From: Bacillota bacterium
GTDB taxonomy: Bacteria; Patescibacteriota; Minisyncoccia; Phycocordibacterales; Phycocordibacteraceae
Length of the DNA stretch: 64,000 nucleotides
NCBI GenBank assembly: GCA_050260455.1
Contig: JBLNCF010000012.1
Span: forward strand, 58,236 to 122,235
Reading direction: 5' to 3'
Both the position numbers and the translations under genes were made by a program. Positions 46,469 to 55,726 of the stretch are shown here, in pieces; position 1 is the stretch's first letter; each line of letters starts with the position of its first letter. The notes under the pieces are model-generated. The model saw only the letters and a list, made by a program, of their open reading frames with translations. It did not search any database and had not been told where the DNA came from.

Positions 46469-47641
46469 GTGTTATTATCAGGCCATATGAAGCGGTACCT
46501 AGCTATCGCAACTCTGCTTCTCCTTGCGCCGTCGTTCGCGTACGCATCCACATTCACCTCAAGCCGCACCGTCGTTCTTTCCGACGAGACGACCAACGCA
46601 TACCTGACTGGTACAGATATTACGGTCGTAGCGCCGCTTGCGGGCGACCTGCTTGCGGCCGGAGGCACGGTGACGGCGAATAGTCCGATAGCCGGAGACG
46701 CGATGCTCGCGGGCGGTACTATCGATATCGAGAAACCGGTGGCAGGCGATGTGCGTGCGGGTGGCGGTACCGTCACCGTGAACGCTCCTGTGGGCGGTGA
46801 CCTGGTTGCAGGAGGAGGAACGGTTACCGTTTCAGGAACCGCCAAGGAGATGCGTATTGCGGGCGGCACGGTACGCATAACTAATGGTGCCACCGGTCCA
46901 GTCATTATCTACGGCGCCGATATTTCTCTTGCGGGTGATTTTGCAGGCGATGTCACCATCGAGGCTTCCGACCGAATCACCATTGCGGAGGGCACTCATA
47001 TCCATGGTGCGCTGCGGTATAACGCACCGCAGGAGATCACACTTCCGGTGGGTGCTGTTGCTGATGGGGGCGTCTCCTATATCGGTTCGTCATCGTTCCT
47101 GCCGACCTCGCAGGAAGCACAGACGTTCGCGGTAGCCGGCGCGACCATCTTCTTTGTGGTACATCTCCTTGCCGTACTCATCCTTGCCGGTCTCCTTGCC
47201 GGTCTTTTCCCGGTATTCACCGAGCGGGTAGCCGAGCGCACACTTGCTGATCATTCTCCCGGTCGGTTTGTCCTTCTTGCTTTGCTTGGATTCGGTATAC
47301 TCGTAGCCGCACCGGTGCTCATCCTCTTCCTCCTCTTCTCGTTCGTCGGTATTGGCGTAGCACTCGTACTGGCTGCGCTCTATGCACTCTTTATCATGCT
47401 TGCCTATATCTATGCCGGTATCCTTGCTGGTGCCGCCCTCGCTCGGGGACTTATGAAGCGGCACATCATTACGTGGAAGGAGGCGGTGCTCGGCATGCTC
47501 GTCCTCTACCTTATCGGAGTCATTCCAGTCATTGGCATGCTCGTTAAGTTTGTGCTCATGCTTGCTGCGGGCGGAGCTATTGTTTCCATAGCGTACGTAT
47601 TCGCGTTCCGCCGGACCTCTGCAGAGCCGCTCTTCGAGTGA
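46469..47641 (+). CDS. signal-peptide protein with Gly-rich beta-helix-like repeats (bactofilin/DUF4097-like) and C-terminal polytopic membrane domain
   Basis: Reiterated about 19-aa units (AGD..AGGTVTVN.P); then about 5 TMs. Confidence 0.5.
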   Translation: MLLSGHMKRYLAIATLLLLAPSFAYASTFTSSRTVVLSDETTNAYLTGTDITVVAPLAGDLLAAGGTVTANSPIAGDAMLAGGTIDIEKPVAGDVRAGGGTVTVNAPVGGDLVAGGGTVTVSGTAKEMRIAGGTVRITNGATGPVIIYGADISLAGDFAGDVTIEASDRITIAEGTHIHGALRYNAPQEITLPVGAVADGGVSYIGSSSFLPTSQEAQTFAVAGATIFFVVHLLAVLILAGLLAGLFPVFTERVAERTLADHSPGRFVLLALLGFGILVAAPVLILFLLFSFVGIGVALVLAALYALFIMLAYIYAGILAGAALARGLMKRHIITWKEAVLGMLVLYLIGVIPVIGMLVKFVLMLAAGGAIVSIAYVFAFRRTSAEPLFE

Positions 47642-48117
47642 TCATGGGGTTCCCGCGTGTAGGTACTGCCGCACCCGACTTCACACTCCTGGATCAGGAC
47701 GGGAAAGAACACCGTCTTTCTGCCTACCGGGGGAAATGGGTGCTTATCTATTTCTATCCTAAGGACGATACTCCGGGCTGTACTAAGGAAGCGTGTGCCA
47801 TTCGTGACGCCGATCCTGACTTCAGCACACTCGATGCGGTCGTGCTCGGTATTTCCGCTGATAGCGTAAAGTCGCACAAGAAATTTGCGGAGAAGTACGA
47901 ACTTACATTCCCGCTCCTTGCAGACGAAGACAAAACGGTCATCAATGCATACGGCGTGTGGGGCCTGAAAAAATTCATGGGCCGAGAGTATGAGGGCATT
48001 CTTCGTACTTCATTCCTGGTTGATCCGAACGGGAAGATCGCCTACGTCTATGAAAAGGTGAAGCCGGAGCAGCATGCTGCGGAAGTAATCGCTGATCTGA
48101 AGGAATTTGTCGCATGA
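47638..48117 (+). CDS. bcp: thiol peroxidase Bcp/PrxQ (peroxiredoxin)
   Basis: YFYPKDDTPGCTKEAC active site. Confidence 0.85.
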   Translation: MIMGFPRVGTAAPDFTLLDQDGKEHRLSAYRGKWVLIYFYPKDDTPGCTKEACAIRDADPDFSTLDAVVLGISADSVKSHKKFAEKYELTFPLLADEDKTVINAYGVWGLKKFMGREYEGILRTSFLVDPNGKIAYVYEKVKPEQHAAEVIADLKEFVA

Positions 48118-48782
48118 CGTCCGAGAAACTGAAAGAACGCAAAGCGCGCGCAAAGAAGATCGTTGCGTATTTGAAGAAGGAATATCCCGTTCCGAAAACG
48201 GAACTTGCGTATAAGACGCCCTTCCAGCTTGTTGCTTCTGTCATTCTCTCTGCGCAATGCACGGACAAGAAGGTGAATGCGGTCACCGAAACGTTGTGGA
48301 AGAAATACAAGACTATAGATGATTTCGCCAACGCGGATCTCGCAACCTTCACGAGAGAGATATCCTCACTTACGTTCTATCAAAACAAAGCCAAGCACAT
48401 CATTGCGGCGGCCAACTATGTACGCGACCATTTCAAGGGAAAGGTGCCGAAGACCGAAAGCGAGATGGTGCAGCTCCCCGGTGTGGCGTACAAGACTGCG
48501 CATGTGGTGCTGGGCGAGCTCTATGACATCTGGGAAGGAATACCTACTGATACGCATGTGCGCCGCTTTGCCATCCGATTCGATCTCGTTGACAGTCGAG
48601 ACCTGACCAAGATTTCCAAAGAGCTTGAAGCACTCATACCCAAAGAGGACTGGCGATATGTAAATAACGGGCTCGTGCTCTATGGCCGCTACCTATGTCC
48701 AGCCACACCGCACGACTGCACCCAGCATCCGCTCACCAAACTCTATCCTCTGGCGGCGAACGTCTGGCCTAAATCAAAATGA
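48114..48782 (+). CDS. nth: endonuclease III
   Basis: HhH-GPD (LPGVAYKTAHVVL) and C-terminal Cys cluster region. Confidence 0.9.
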   Translation: MTSEKLKERKARAKKIVAYLKKEYPVPKTELAYKTPFQLVASVILSAQCTDKKVNAVTETLWKKYKTIDDFANADLATFTREISSLTFYQNKAKHIIAAANYVRDHFKGKVPKTESEMVQLPGVAYKTAHVVLGELYDIWEGIPTDTHVRRFAIRFDLVDSRDLTKISKELEALIPKEDWRYVNNGLVLYGRYLCPATPHDCTQHPLTKLYPLAANVWPKSK

Positions 48783-49381
48783 TTGACCACGAACTCATTG
48801 GCATCATCGCAGGTCTTCTCGCGTTCGGAACGGGCATTCCCTACATCTGGAATATTCTGGGTGGCATCACAAAGCCCAATGTCGTGACGTATTTTGTCTG
48901 GACACTTCTCCAGACCATTGCCCTCATTGCGCAGTGGAGAGCGGGCGCCTCCTGGTCCATTCTGCTTCTCCTTGGTTCGACGGTAAGTGTCGCCATCATA
49001 TTTCTGCTGTCGCTTACCAAATACGGATATAAGCACTACACGCCCGTGGACACCATTGCTCTTCTGTTGGCTGGACTCGCCGTTATCATCCTCGTATTTA
49101 CGGATCATCCTACGCTCGCCATCCTTCTACCTATCGTCGCGGATGGACTCGGTGCCATACCAACCATCGTGAAGACGAAGAAGTATCCGCACACCGAGGA
49201 TCAGTTGGCATGGTTCCTCATGATTATTGCGTCGGCCTTGGGTGTGATTGCCACCGAGAAGATGGATGTGGCGAATCTGGCATATCCTATCTTCCTCTTG
49301 TTTGAAGCGACGTTCATATTTAGTCTCGCATTTTTCACCAAGAAGACGGTGGTGTGTCGATGGGGAAGAGGGTGTGTCTAA
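48779..49381 (+). CDS. polytopic membrane protein, paralog of 42909..43490
   Basis: See the 42909 entry; 4-nt overlap with nth. Confidence 0.5.
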   Translation: MIDHELIGIIAGLLAFGTGIPYIWNILGGITKPNVVTYFVWTLLQTIALIAQWRAGASWSILLLLGSTVSVAIIFLLSLTKYGYKHYTPVDTIALLLAGLAVIILVFTDHPTLAILLPIVADGLGAIPTIVKTKKYPHTEDQLAWFLMIIASALGVIATEKMDVANLAYPIFLLFEATFIFSLAFFTKKTVVCRWGRGCV

Positions 49382-49426
49382 CTCGTTTGACCTCTCGAGG
49401 TGAGGGGTATAGGATGCGCGCAGTGG

Positions 49427-49456
49427 TCCTGCGGGCGCAGCCTGTTCTTTTGTTCT
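49427..49456 (+). terminator. candidate terminator (short GC hairpin CTGC-gggc-GCAG then TGTTCTTTTGTTCT)
   Basis: 46 nt after the 48779 gene stop. Confidence 0.35.
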
Positions 49457-49657
49457 CTCGGGGGAGAGTCGACTGAAACAACGTGATGATGCGTGGGAGG
49501 GCAAAACCGCACGCGACTGATCGTTGCCGATTCGGCCTAAAACCTATTCTACAGAGAACAAGCTTCACCTCCAGGACCACACCCTCACTTCTATGACCTT
49601 TTGTGGCGTCCCGAATGGGGCGCTTTTGCATTTCCTTGGAAGCGGTACCATGAGGGT

Positions 49658-50350
49658 ATGGAGAAGTCCAAACCAGTCGCAGTATTCGATATCGACGGAA
49701 CCCTGTTCCGCTCCTCGCTCCTTATCGAATTGGTGGAGGAGCTAGTGCGACGCGGCATATTCCCCCCGGAGGCGCGTAACACCTATAAGGATGCGCACGA
49801 GGACTGGCTGAATCGAAAGGGAGAATACGGACCGTTCATTCAGAAGGTTGTGCTCGCGTTTGGTAAGTACGCCAAAGGTGCACCGTATGGGGAGGTGGCG
49901 GATATTGCCGGCGAGATCATCGAAGCCAAACGCGATCGTGTTTATCGCTATACCCGGGACCTTATTACCGATCTCAAGAAGGATGGTCACTACCTTCTTG
50001 CCGTATCGCACTCGCCAAAGTTCATTGTGGATGGCTTTGCGTATGAACTGGGATTCGATAAGTCGTACGGTACCTTCTATGACACTGGCGCAAGTAATCG
50101 TTTCACTGGAGAGATCATCGATGAGCATCTCATTATGAATAAGGCGGCGATATTGAAACGCGCCGTTGAGAAGGAGGGACTCACGCTCGAAGGGTCGGTG
50201 GGGGTAGGAGACACCGAGAGCGATATTTCTATGCTTACCATGGTCGAAACAGCTATTGCGTTCAACCCGAATCGTTTGCTCTACCGCCACGCCAAAAAGC
50301 ATGGGTGGAAGATAGTGGTGGAGCGGAAAGATGTGATTTATGAGATCTAG
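49658..50350 (+). CDS. HAD-superfamily hydrolase (subfamily IB-like)
   Basis: Motif I DIDGTLF at the N-terminus when started at MEKSK; C-terminal GDTESD. Confidence 0.7.
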   Translation: MEKSKPVAVFDIDGTLFRSSLLIELVEELVRRGIFPPEARNTYKDAHEDWLNRKGEYGPFIQKVVLAFGKYAKGAPYGEVADIAGEIIEAKRDRVYRYTRDLITDLKKDGHYLLAVSHSPKFIVDGFAYELGFDKSYGTFYDTGASNRFTGEIIDEHLIMNKAAILKRAVEKEGLTLEGSVGVGDTESDISMLTMVETAIAFNPNRLLYRHAKKHGWKIVVERKDVIYEI

Positions 50351-50375
50351 ATAGTGCATTTGCTATACTCTCCGT

Positions 50376-50627
50376 ATGACCAAGCGACTCTATCGAAGCA
50401 GGACCAATAAGGTGCTCGAGGGCGTGTGCGCGGGCGTCGGTGAGTATTTCGACGTGGATCCGGTACTCGTCCGCCTCATCTATCTCATGGCCACCGTATT
50501 CACCGGATTCGTGCCTGGCATCGTCGGTTACATAATCGCTATGCTTATTGTTCCGGAACAGCCGAAAGCGGTAACCGAATCGAAGCCGAAGGAGGAACCG
50601 GTCAAGGATGACTCCGCAGCAGTTTAG
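50376..50627 (+). CDS. PspC-domain protein
   Basis: LYRSRTNKVLEGVCAGVGEYFDVDPVLVRLIY plus TM. Confidence 0.7.
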   Translation: MTKRLYRSRTNKVLEGVCAGVGEYFDVDPVLVRLIYLMATVFTGFVPGIVGYIIAMLIVPEQPKAVTESKPKEEPVKDDSAAV

Positions 50628-51408
50628 GACGCTCGTCTGGAAGCACTATCATACTCATGGTCGCCACGATTTGCCGTGGCGAAAAACGCGCGATCCCTAT
50701 CGCATACTTGTTTCAGAGGTGATGCTCCAACAAACGCAGGTAGAGCGGGTGAAGCCTTTTTACGAGGCCTGGCTTAAGAGATTCCCAACTATCGCAGCGC
50801 TCGCAAAAGCTCCGCTCCGCGATGTGCTCACGGTATGGCAGGGGCTCGGTTATAACCGTCGTGCAAAGATGCTCCATGAGGCTGCAAAAGCACTGACTGC
50901 AGAGGGAAAGGTTCCGAAGACGGCAGAGGAACTACAGAAGCTCCCCGGCATCGGTCCGTACACTGCCCGAGCGGTTATAGCGTTTGCTCATAATGCAGAT
51001 ACGGTGTTCATCGAGACCAACATCCGTACAGCAGTCATGCATCACTTCTTTCCGCGGAAGAAGCAGGTAAGTGATAAGGAGATACTCTCCATACTTGAGA
51101 AGGCACATCCAACAGGGAAGAGTCGTGAATGGTATGCGGCACTCATGGACTATGGCGCGTATCTGAAACGAAATGGTGTGCGGTTGAATGCGAGAACTAA
51201 GGGTTACACGAAGCAGAAGACATTCTCGGGCTCAAGCCGTCAGGCGCGTGGGGCCATTCTCAAGGAGCTGGTGAAGGGTAGGAGTAGCAAAGCGCGACTC
51301 GTCGGTCTTTTTGGTGACGACCGGAAGTTGCAGCTCGAAGAGCAACTCGCCAAGCTCGTGGACGAAGGCATGGTGCAAAAACGCGGTATTTCCTACACTC
51401 TTCCATAG
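50608..51408 (+). CDS. A/G-specific adenine glycosylase-like HhH-GPD protein (MutY family, no NUDIX domain)
   Basis: PYRILVSEVMLQQTQVERV, LPGIGPYTARAV; 266 aa. Confidence 0.7.
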   Translation: MTPQQFRTLVWKHYHTHGRHDLPWRKTRDPYRILVSEVMLQQTQVERVKPFYEAWLKRFPTIAALAKAPLRDVLTVWQGLGYNRRAKMLHEAAKALTAEGKVPKTAEELQKLPGIGPYTARAVIAFAHNADTVFIETNIRTAVMHHFFPRKKQVSDKEILSILEKAHPTGKSREWYAALMDYGAYLKRNGVRLNARTKGYTKQKTFSGSSRQARGAILKELVKGRSSKARLVGLFGDDRKLQLEEQLAKLVDEGMVQKRGISYTLP

Positions 51409-51446
51409 GTGAACCATAGTTCACCTCTTTGTGATATCATGGCCCG

Positions 51447-51992
51447 ATGCGCGGCCGCATAGGAGACCAGTACCCACTGTTTGATGTTCCTGCATCGTTT
51501 CCAAACGGCTTCATATACCGTCCGAATTTCATTACGCCCGAAGAAGAAGCAGAACTACTGAAACATATCCGGGAACTCCCGCTTCGGAATGCACCCTTTA
51601 AGGAATACATCGCCAAGCGTCGAGTATACGGCTGGTGGGGAAATCGTAAGTTGCCCGAATGGCTTCTCCCGATAACCGCGAAGCTTGCCGAGTGGGAAGG
51701 GGTGCCACAGGACACATTCAAGAACGCGCTTGTTTCGGAGTACTCTCCCGGTACGGGAGTTGGGTGGCATCGTGATCAGCCACCGTATAAGAAGATATTT
51801 GGTCTGTCACTCGCTGGGTGGGCAACGTTCGAACTACGACCCAATAAAAACGCGAGCACGAAAGAACCTGTGTCGCTCACCGCCGAACCCCGTTCGGTCT
51901 ACGTCATGCAGGGCGAGAGTCGCGAGCGTTTCCAGCATCGGGTGAAGCCGACCAAGACGTTGCGGTATTCGATAACGTTTCGGACTATTTGA
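51447..51992 (+). CDS. alkB: AlkB-like 2OG-Fe(II) oxygenase (alkylated DNA/RNA repair)
   Basis: LVSEYSPGTGVGWHRDQ (HxD) and distal H/R (RFQHRVKP...RYSITFR). Confidence 0.8.
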   Translation: MRGRIGDQYPLFDVPASFPNGFIYRPNFITPEEEAELLKHIRELPLRNAPFKEYIAKRRVYGWWGNRKLPEWLLPITAKLAEWEGVPQDTFKNALVSEYSPGTGVGWHRDQPPYKKIFGLSLAGWATFELRPNKNASTKEPVSLTAEPRSVYVMQGESRERFQHRVKPTKTLRYSITFRTI

Positions 51993-53148
51993 TGTCCTTG
52001 ATTGCAAGACCGCTTGCAACACCGACGATACCAATGAGCATGCCGGTGACGATAAAGAGTGCGCCGTAGCTCGATATAGAAAGCAGAATGCTGCAGACAA
52101 CTGGTGCGGTAAGTGCCGCCATGGGGCGTGTCATACGGAACAGACTCACCGTCGCCGCGTCATTCTCTGAAACGCGTCGGAAGAAATGACCTTCGGACAT
52201 TGCTTCGACGAGTGCTGCGCCCGCGCGGTTCATGACGAGAAGGATAAGGATAACCAGTACGGTAGTATCGGCAGTGACCATCGCGAGCGCAGCGAAAGCG
52301 GTGGCCATGAGTACAAAGCCCGCAAGAAGAAGTTCTTGATCGCCCCATTTACGATCTGCTAACCAACCGGCAGGGTATTCCAAGAGCACAAAGGGGAAGA
52401 GCATGACTGCGAACATCCATCCGAGGTTTTGCCACGGCATACCGAGCACATGATGAAGGTAGAGCGGAATATAGAGCGGCGCCACATGATAGAAGAACTG
52501 GAGCGTACCGTGTGCAATGACAATGGCCCGTAGATCCTTGTCGCGAAGCAAACAGACATACGCCTCCATCACCGTAACGAAATTGGGAGTGCGGCCTTCC
52601 GGAAGACGTCGCACTAGCATGAGGCCGATAAATGGAACGAGACTCACTGCTGCAAGTGCATAGACGCGCCAATAGGCCTCACCAGAATCAAGAAGCATGC
52701 CGGCGATAAGAGGGGAAGCCACAAGGGCGATATTGCCCGCTGTGAGGAACATGGTGCGGATACGCCCCGTGGTGCCTTCTTTGGCGATCGTTGCTTCAAG
52801 CAAGAGATCGAGTTGGTAGACGAGGAGAGGACTCGTCGCGCAGGCGACCGCGACCATAAGCACGGCCGGGATAGGGGTGGGTTCGACTGCGAGCCAGGCA
52901 AGCGCGAATGCCTCTATCGAGCCAAAGAATACCGCGAGACGGCGCGGTCCATACCGACGTACGAGATGCGGCATGAAAGGGAACACTGAAAGGGTCATGA
53001 TGGCACCGAGTGATACCACGAGACCGGTTGCCGAATCTGGCATGAACGTCGCCAGGTACGGCGTAATGAGGTAGATGATGAGATAGAAATGCGCGACGGC
53101 GAAGAAGTTGCCGAAGGTAAGTATGGAGCGTGGCGACATGTCGAACAT
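51985..53148 (-). CDS. MFS transporter
   Basis: 12 TMs; start moved to MFDMSPRSILTFGNFF because the track's first 121 residues look non-protein-like. Confidence 0.7.
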   Translation of the reverse strand: MFDMSPRSILTFGNFFAVAHFYLIIYLITPYLATFMPDSATGLVVSLGAIMTLSVFPFMPHLVRRYGPRRLAVFFGSIEAFALAWLAVEPTPIPAVLMVAVACATSPLLVYQLDLLLEATIAKEGTTGRIRTMFLTAGNIALVASPLIAGMLLDSGEAYWRVYALAAVSLVPFIGLMLVRRLPEGRTPNFVTVMEAYVCLLRDKDLRAIVIAHGTLQFFYHVAPLYIPLYLHHVLGMPWQNLGWMFAVMLFPFVLLEYPAGWLADRKWGDQELLLAGFVLMATAFAALAMVTADTTVLVILILLVMNRAGAALVEAMSEGHFFRRVSENDAATVSLFRMTRPMAALTAPVVCSILLSISSYGALFIVTGMLIGIVGVASGLAIKDIK

Positions 53149-53256
53149 AATTTTAGCATCCGGTGCTGGTGCTTCGATCACACATTTCTCCCCGGTTTGT
53201 GATGAGTAGCGTCCTGCGGTATAACGCACAGAGGAGAATCTTTCGGGGAGAGGGCT

Positions 53257-53640
53257 ATGAGCCTTAAGGAAGCGACGCAAGACGTGTCCAGTAAAGCTTT
53301 GCAACCGCCGTGCCGGAAAACCGGACAGCATCACATCATCAAGTTCTATGGCATCGGCTGGTGCACTTGGTGTGGCACGACCGTTGCCGAGGGCGATACC
53401 GTATCGGCCGAAGGGGCCGTACGAGCATGCACGAAGGCGGGCGGCGGAAAACACGAATTCCGCGAACTGCACCGGGAACAAGCATCCGCGAACGTGGATG
53501 CAGTCGTGCACTGGTGCGTGCGCTGCGGCGGCTTCGTCGTAGATCGTGAATCCGATAACCGGGTGCTACCCGGCCCTCTCCTTGCCATGCGGTGGCCGGA
53601 ATTCCGGCTTAGTAATGGAACGTGGAGGAAGGCTGCCTGA
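53257..53640 (+). CDS. candidate small protein with two CxxC pairs (zinc-ribbon-like)
   Basis: GGAG/AGGG 6-8 nt upstream; CTWC...49 aa...CVRC; terminator 24 nt downstream; overlapping ORFs in other frames make this uncertain. Confidence 0.25.
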   Translation: MSLKEATQDVSSKALQPPCRKTGQHHIIKFYGIGWCTWCGTTVAEGDTVSAEGAVRACTKAGGGKHEFRELHREQASANVDAVVHWCVRCGGFVVDRESDNRVLPGPLLAMRWPEFRLSNGTWRKAA

Positions 53641-53663
53641 GATCGGGCGCCATCACCTAAAAG

Positions 53664-53706
53664 AATCGCCCCCGGCCGTTGGTCGAGGGCGATTTCTCTT
53701 TGTGTT
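53664..53706. terminator. bidirectional Rho-independent terminator (AATCGCCC...GGGCGATT) after rnj
   Basis: U-tract on both strands (TCTCTTTGTGTT on +, CUUUU on -); 15 nt after the rnj stop. Confidence 0.6.
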
Positions 53707-53720
53707 GGTGATCTGCGTAG

Positions 53721-55637
53721 CTAGACGCCGATCAGGACCGGGATGACCATCGGCGCCTTGTTGGTGCGCGCGAAGAGGTAACCGGCCATAGTGTCAGACA
53801 ACGTGTTCTTCACGTAATCGAGATCCACCGGGTTCATACCCTTGGTGGAATCCTCGACCGTCTTCTTGATGAGAAGGCGGGCCTGGTTCAAGAGATCCTG
53901 GCTCTCGCGCAGATACACGAAGCCGCGGGAAATGATGTCCGGGGACTTGCGGAGCTTGCCGGTCTTCAGGTTCACCGTCGCGATGATGACGAACATACCG
54001 TCCTTGGCGAGCATCTGGCGGTCGCGAATGACCACCTCCTGCATGTCACCGATAGAGAAGCCGTCCACAAGAAGCGGCGCGCTCGGCACCTTCTCCTTAT
54101 GGATGTTGAGCTTCTCGCCACCTTCGATGTCGATCACCATGCCGTTCTCGGCGAGGATGATGGTGTCGCGTGGGCGTCCAGCCTGTTCCACCGCCTTCGC
54201 ATGGCACGAGGTCATGGAGTAGTAGCCGTAGGCGGGCATGAAGAACTTAGCGTTCACCTTCTGGTTGATCCAGACGAGCTCACCGGCGCGGGCATGGCCG
54301 CCCGAGTGCACATCGGAAGAACGGTAGTGGATGAGGGTCACCTTGTTGTGGTAGAGGTTGTCCTTCAGTTTCTGGACCGAAAGTTCGTTACCCGGAATGA
54401 CGGAAGACGAGAGGACCACGGTATCGCGCTCGCTAAGCGTGATGTTTTTGTGCTGTTTCGTTGCGATGCGCATGAGCGCTGCGAATTCTTCGCCCTGGGC
54501 ACCGGTAGCGAGCACCACGATCTTGTCGGGAGCGTAGTCGCCAATTTCCTGGGCGCTAATAATAGTGCCTTTCTTGAGTTCAACGAGACCGAGCTTCTGC
54601 GCAATCTCGAGGTTCGTCTTGATCGAACGACCTTCCATGACAATCTTCTTGCCGTACTTCTCGGCGATCTCGATGATCTTCACCATACGCTCGAACTGCG
54701 AGGCGAAGGTGCCGATGATCACACGACCCTTCACGGTCTTGATGATTTCCTCGAGGGTGTCGTGCACCTTCTTGTCGGGAATGGAGAAGCCTTCGATTTC
54801 CGCGTTGGTAGAGTCACCGATGAAGAGGAGATTCTTCTCTGCTCCGATGGCGCTCCATTTCTTCACTTCGTCGTCTGCCGGAACACCGTTCTCATGCTCA
54901 AGCTTCAAGTCGCCGGTCACGATGACATTGCCATACGGAGTCTCTACCTTGATACCCATGGAGTCGGGGATGGAGTGGGTCACGGGGAAGAAGTGCACCT
55001 TCGTGCTGCCGATGGTCACTGTCTGGTCATCCTCAACGACGATCAGGTTCGGCTTCGGCATGTCCGGATATTCCTCCTGACGCTTCTGAATCATAGTCGC
55101 CGAGAGCTGCATGGTGTAGATCGGGGGATTGCCGAAGCGGTTCATCAAGAAGGGAATGCCGCCGATGTGATCCAAGTGACCGTGGGTGATGAACACCGCG
55201 CGGATACGGTCCTGGTTCTTCTCGAGATACTTCGTATTCGGAAGGACGTAGTCGACGCCGGGGGAATCATCCTCGGAGACGAACTGGAAGCCGACATCGA
55301 AGATAAAGATGTCGTTGTTCGTTTCGATGGTGAACATGTTGCGTCCCACTTCTTCGACGCCTCCCAAGGGAACGACGCGGACTACTTCCTTGCTCGGAGC
55401 GTCCGGAAGGTAGTCGGCACCTTTCTTTGCGGGTGCACCGCCAGAAGGTCCCATGGGGCGACGAAGCTGTCGGCGAATCGAACGCGAGGCTCCGCCTGCG
55501 CGTCCTTTTCCACCACGAGGAGAACGACCGCCGCGGAATTCACGACCGCCGCGTTCACCGCGTGCTGCTGGTTTCTCGCCTGCCTGCCCGGCGTTCTTTG
55601 GAGATGGTGCCGGAGCGGGTGCTGGTGCTGTACTCAT
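53721..55637 (-). CDS. rnj: ribonuclease J (beta-CASP metallo-beta-lactamase) with Arg/Gly-rich N-terminal extension
   Basis: HGHLDHIGG, beta-CASP and C-terminal domains; about 85 N-terminal residues RG/P/A-rich, start uncertain. Confidence 0.9.
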   Translation of the reverse strand: MSTAPAPAPAPSPKNAGQAGEKPAARGERGGREFRGGRSPRGGKGRAGGASRSIRRQLRRPMGPSGGAPAKKGADYLPDAPSKEVVRVVPLGGVEEVGRNMFTIETNNDIFIFDVGFQFVSEDDSPGVDYVLPNTKYLEKNQDRIRAVFITHGHLDHIGGIPFLMNRFGNPPIYTMQLSATMIQKRQEEYPDMPKPNLIVVEDDQTVTIGSTKVHFFPVTHSIPDSMGIKVETPYGNVIVTGDLKLEHENGVPADDEVKKWSAIGAEKNLLFIGDSTNAEIEGFSIPDKKVHDTLEEIIKTVKGRVIIGTFASQFERMVKIIEIAEKYGKKIVMEGRSIKTNLEIAQKLGLVELKKGTIISAQEIGDYAPDKIVVLATGAQGEEFAALMRIATKQHKNITLSERDTVVLSSSVIPGNELSVQKLKDNLYHNKVTLIHYRSSDVHSGGHARAGELVWINQKVNAKFFMPAYGYYSMTSCHAKAVEQAGRPRDTIILAENGMVIDIEGGEKLNIHKEKVPSAPLLVDGFSIGDMQEVVIRDRQMLAKDGMFVIIATVNLKTGKLRKSPDIISRGFVYLRESQDLLNQARLLIKKTVEDSTKGMNPVDLDYVKNTLSDTMAGYLFARTNKAPMVIPVLIGV

Positions 55638-55726
55638 AATGATTACTGATTAGAGATTAATTAATCGTTTCTAGTAGAGTCACTAGTCTTCGGACAGAAC
55701 TGATTCCGTACAAAAACCAATAACCC

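Noticed and set aside
53149-53511. 121-aa N-terminal extension of the MFS transporter in the track ORF
   Set aside because: Non-protein-like composition (R/C/G-rich, no TM); the first TM begins right after the internal Met at 53148.
54099-55649. 516-aa plus-strand ORF antisense to rnj, and similar antisense ORFs in groEL (59676..60695), the DEAD-box helicase (34907..35782), typA (31116..31871), dapD (33278..33898) and the HAD gene (49742..50359)
   Set aside because: All lie opposite strongly supported conserved genes and have low-complexity D/H/R/G-rich translations; attributed to high GC.
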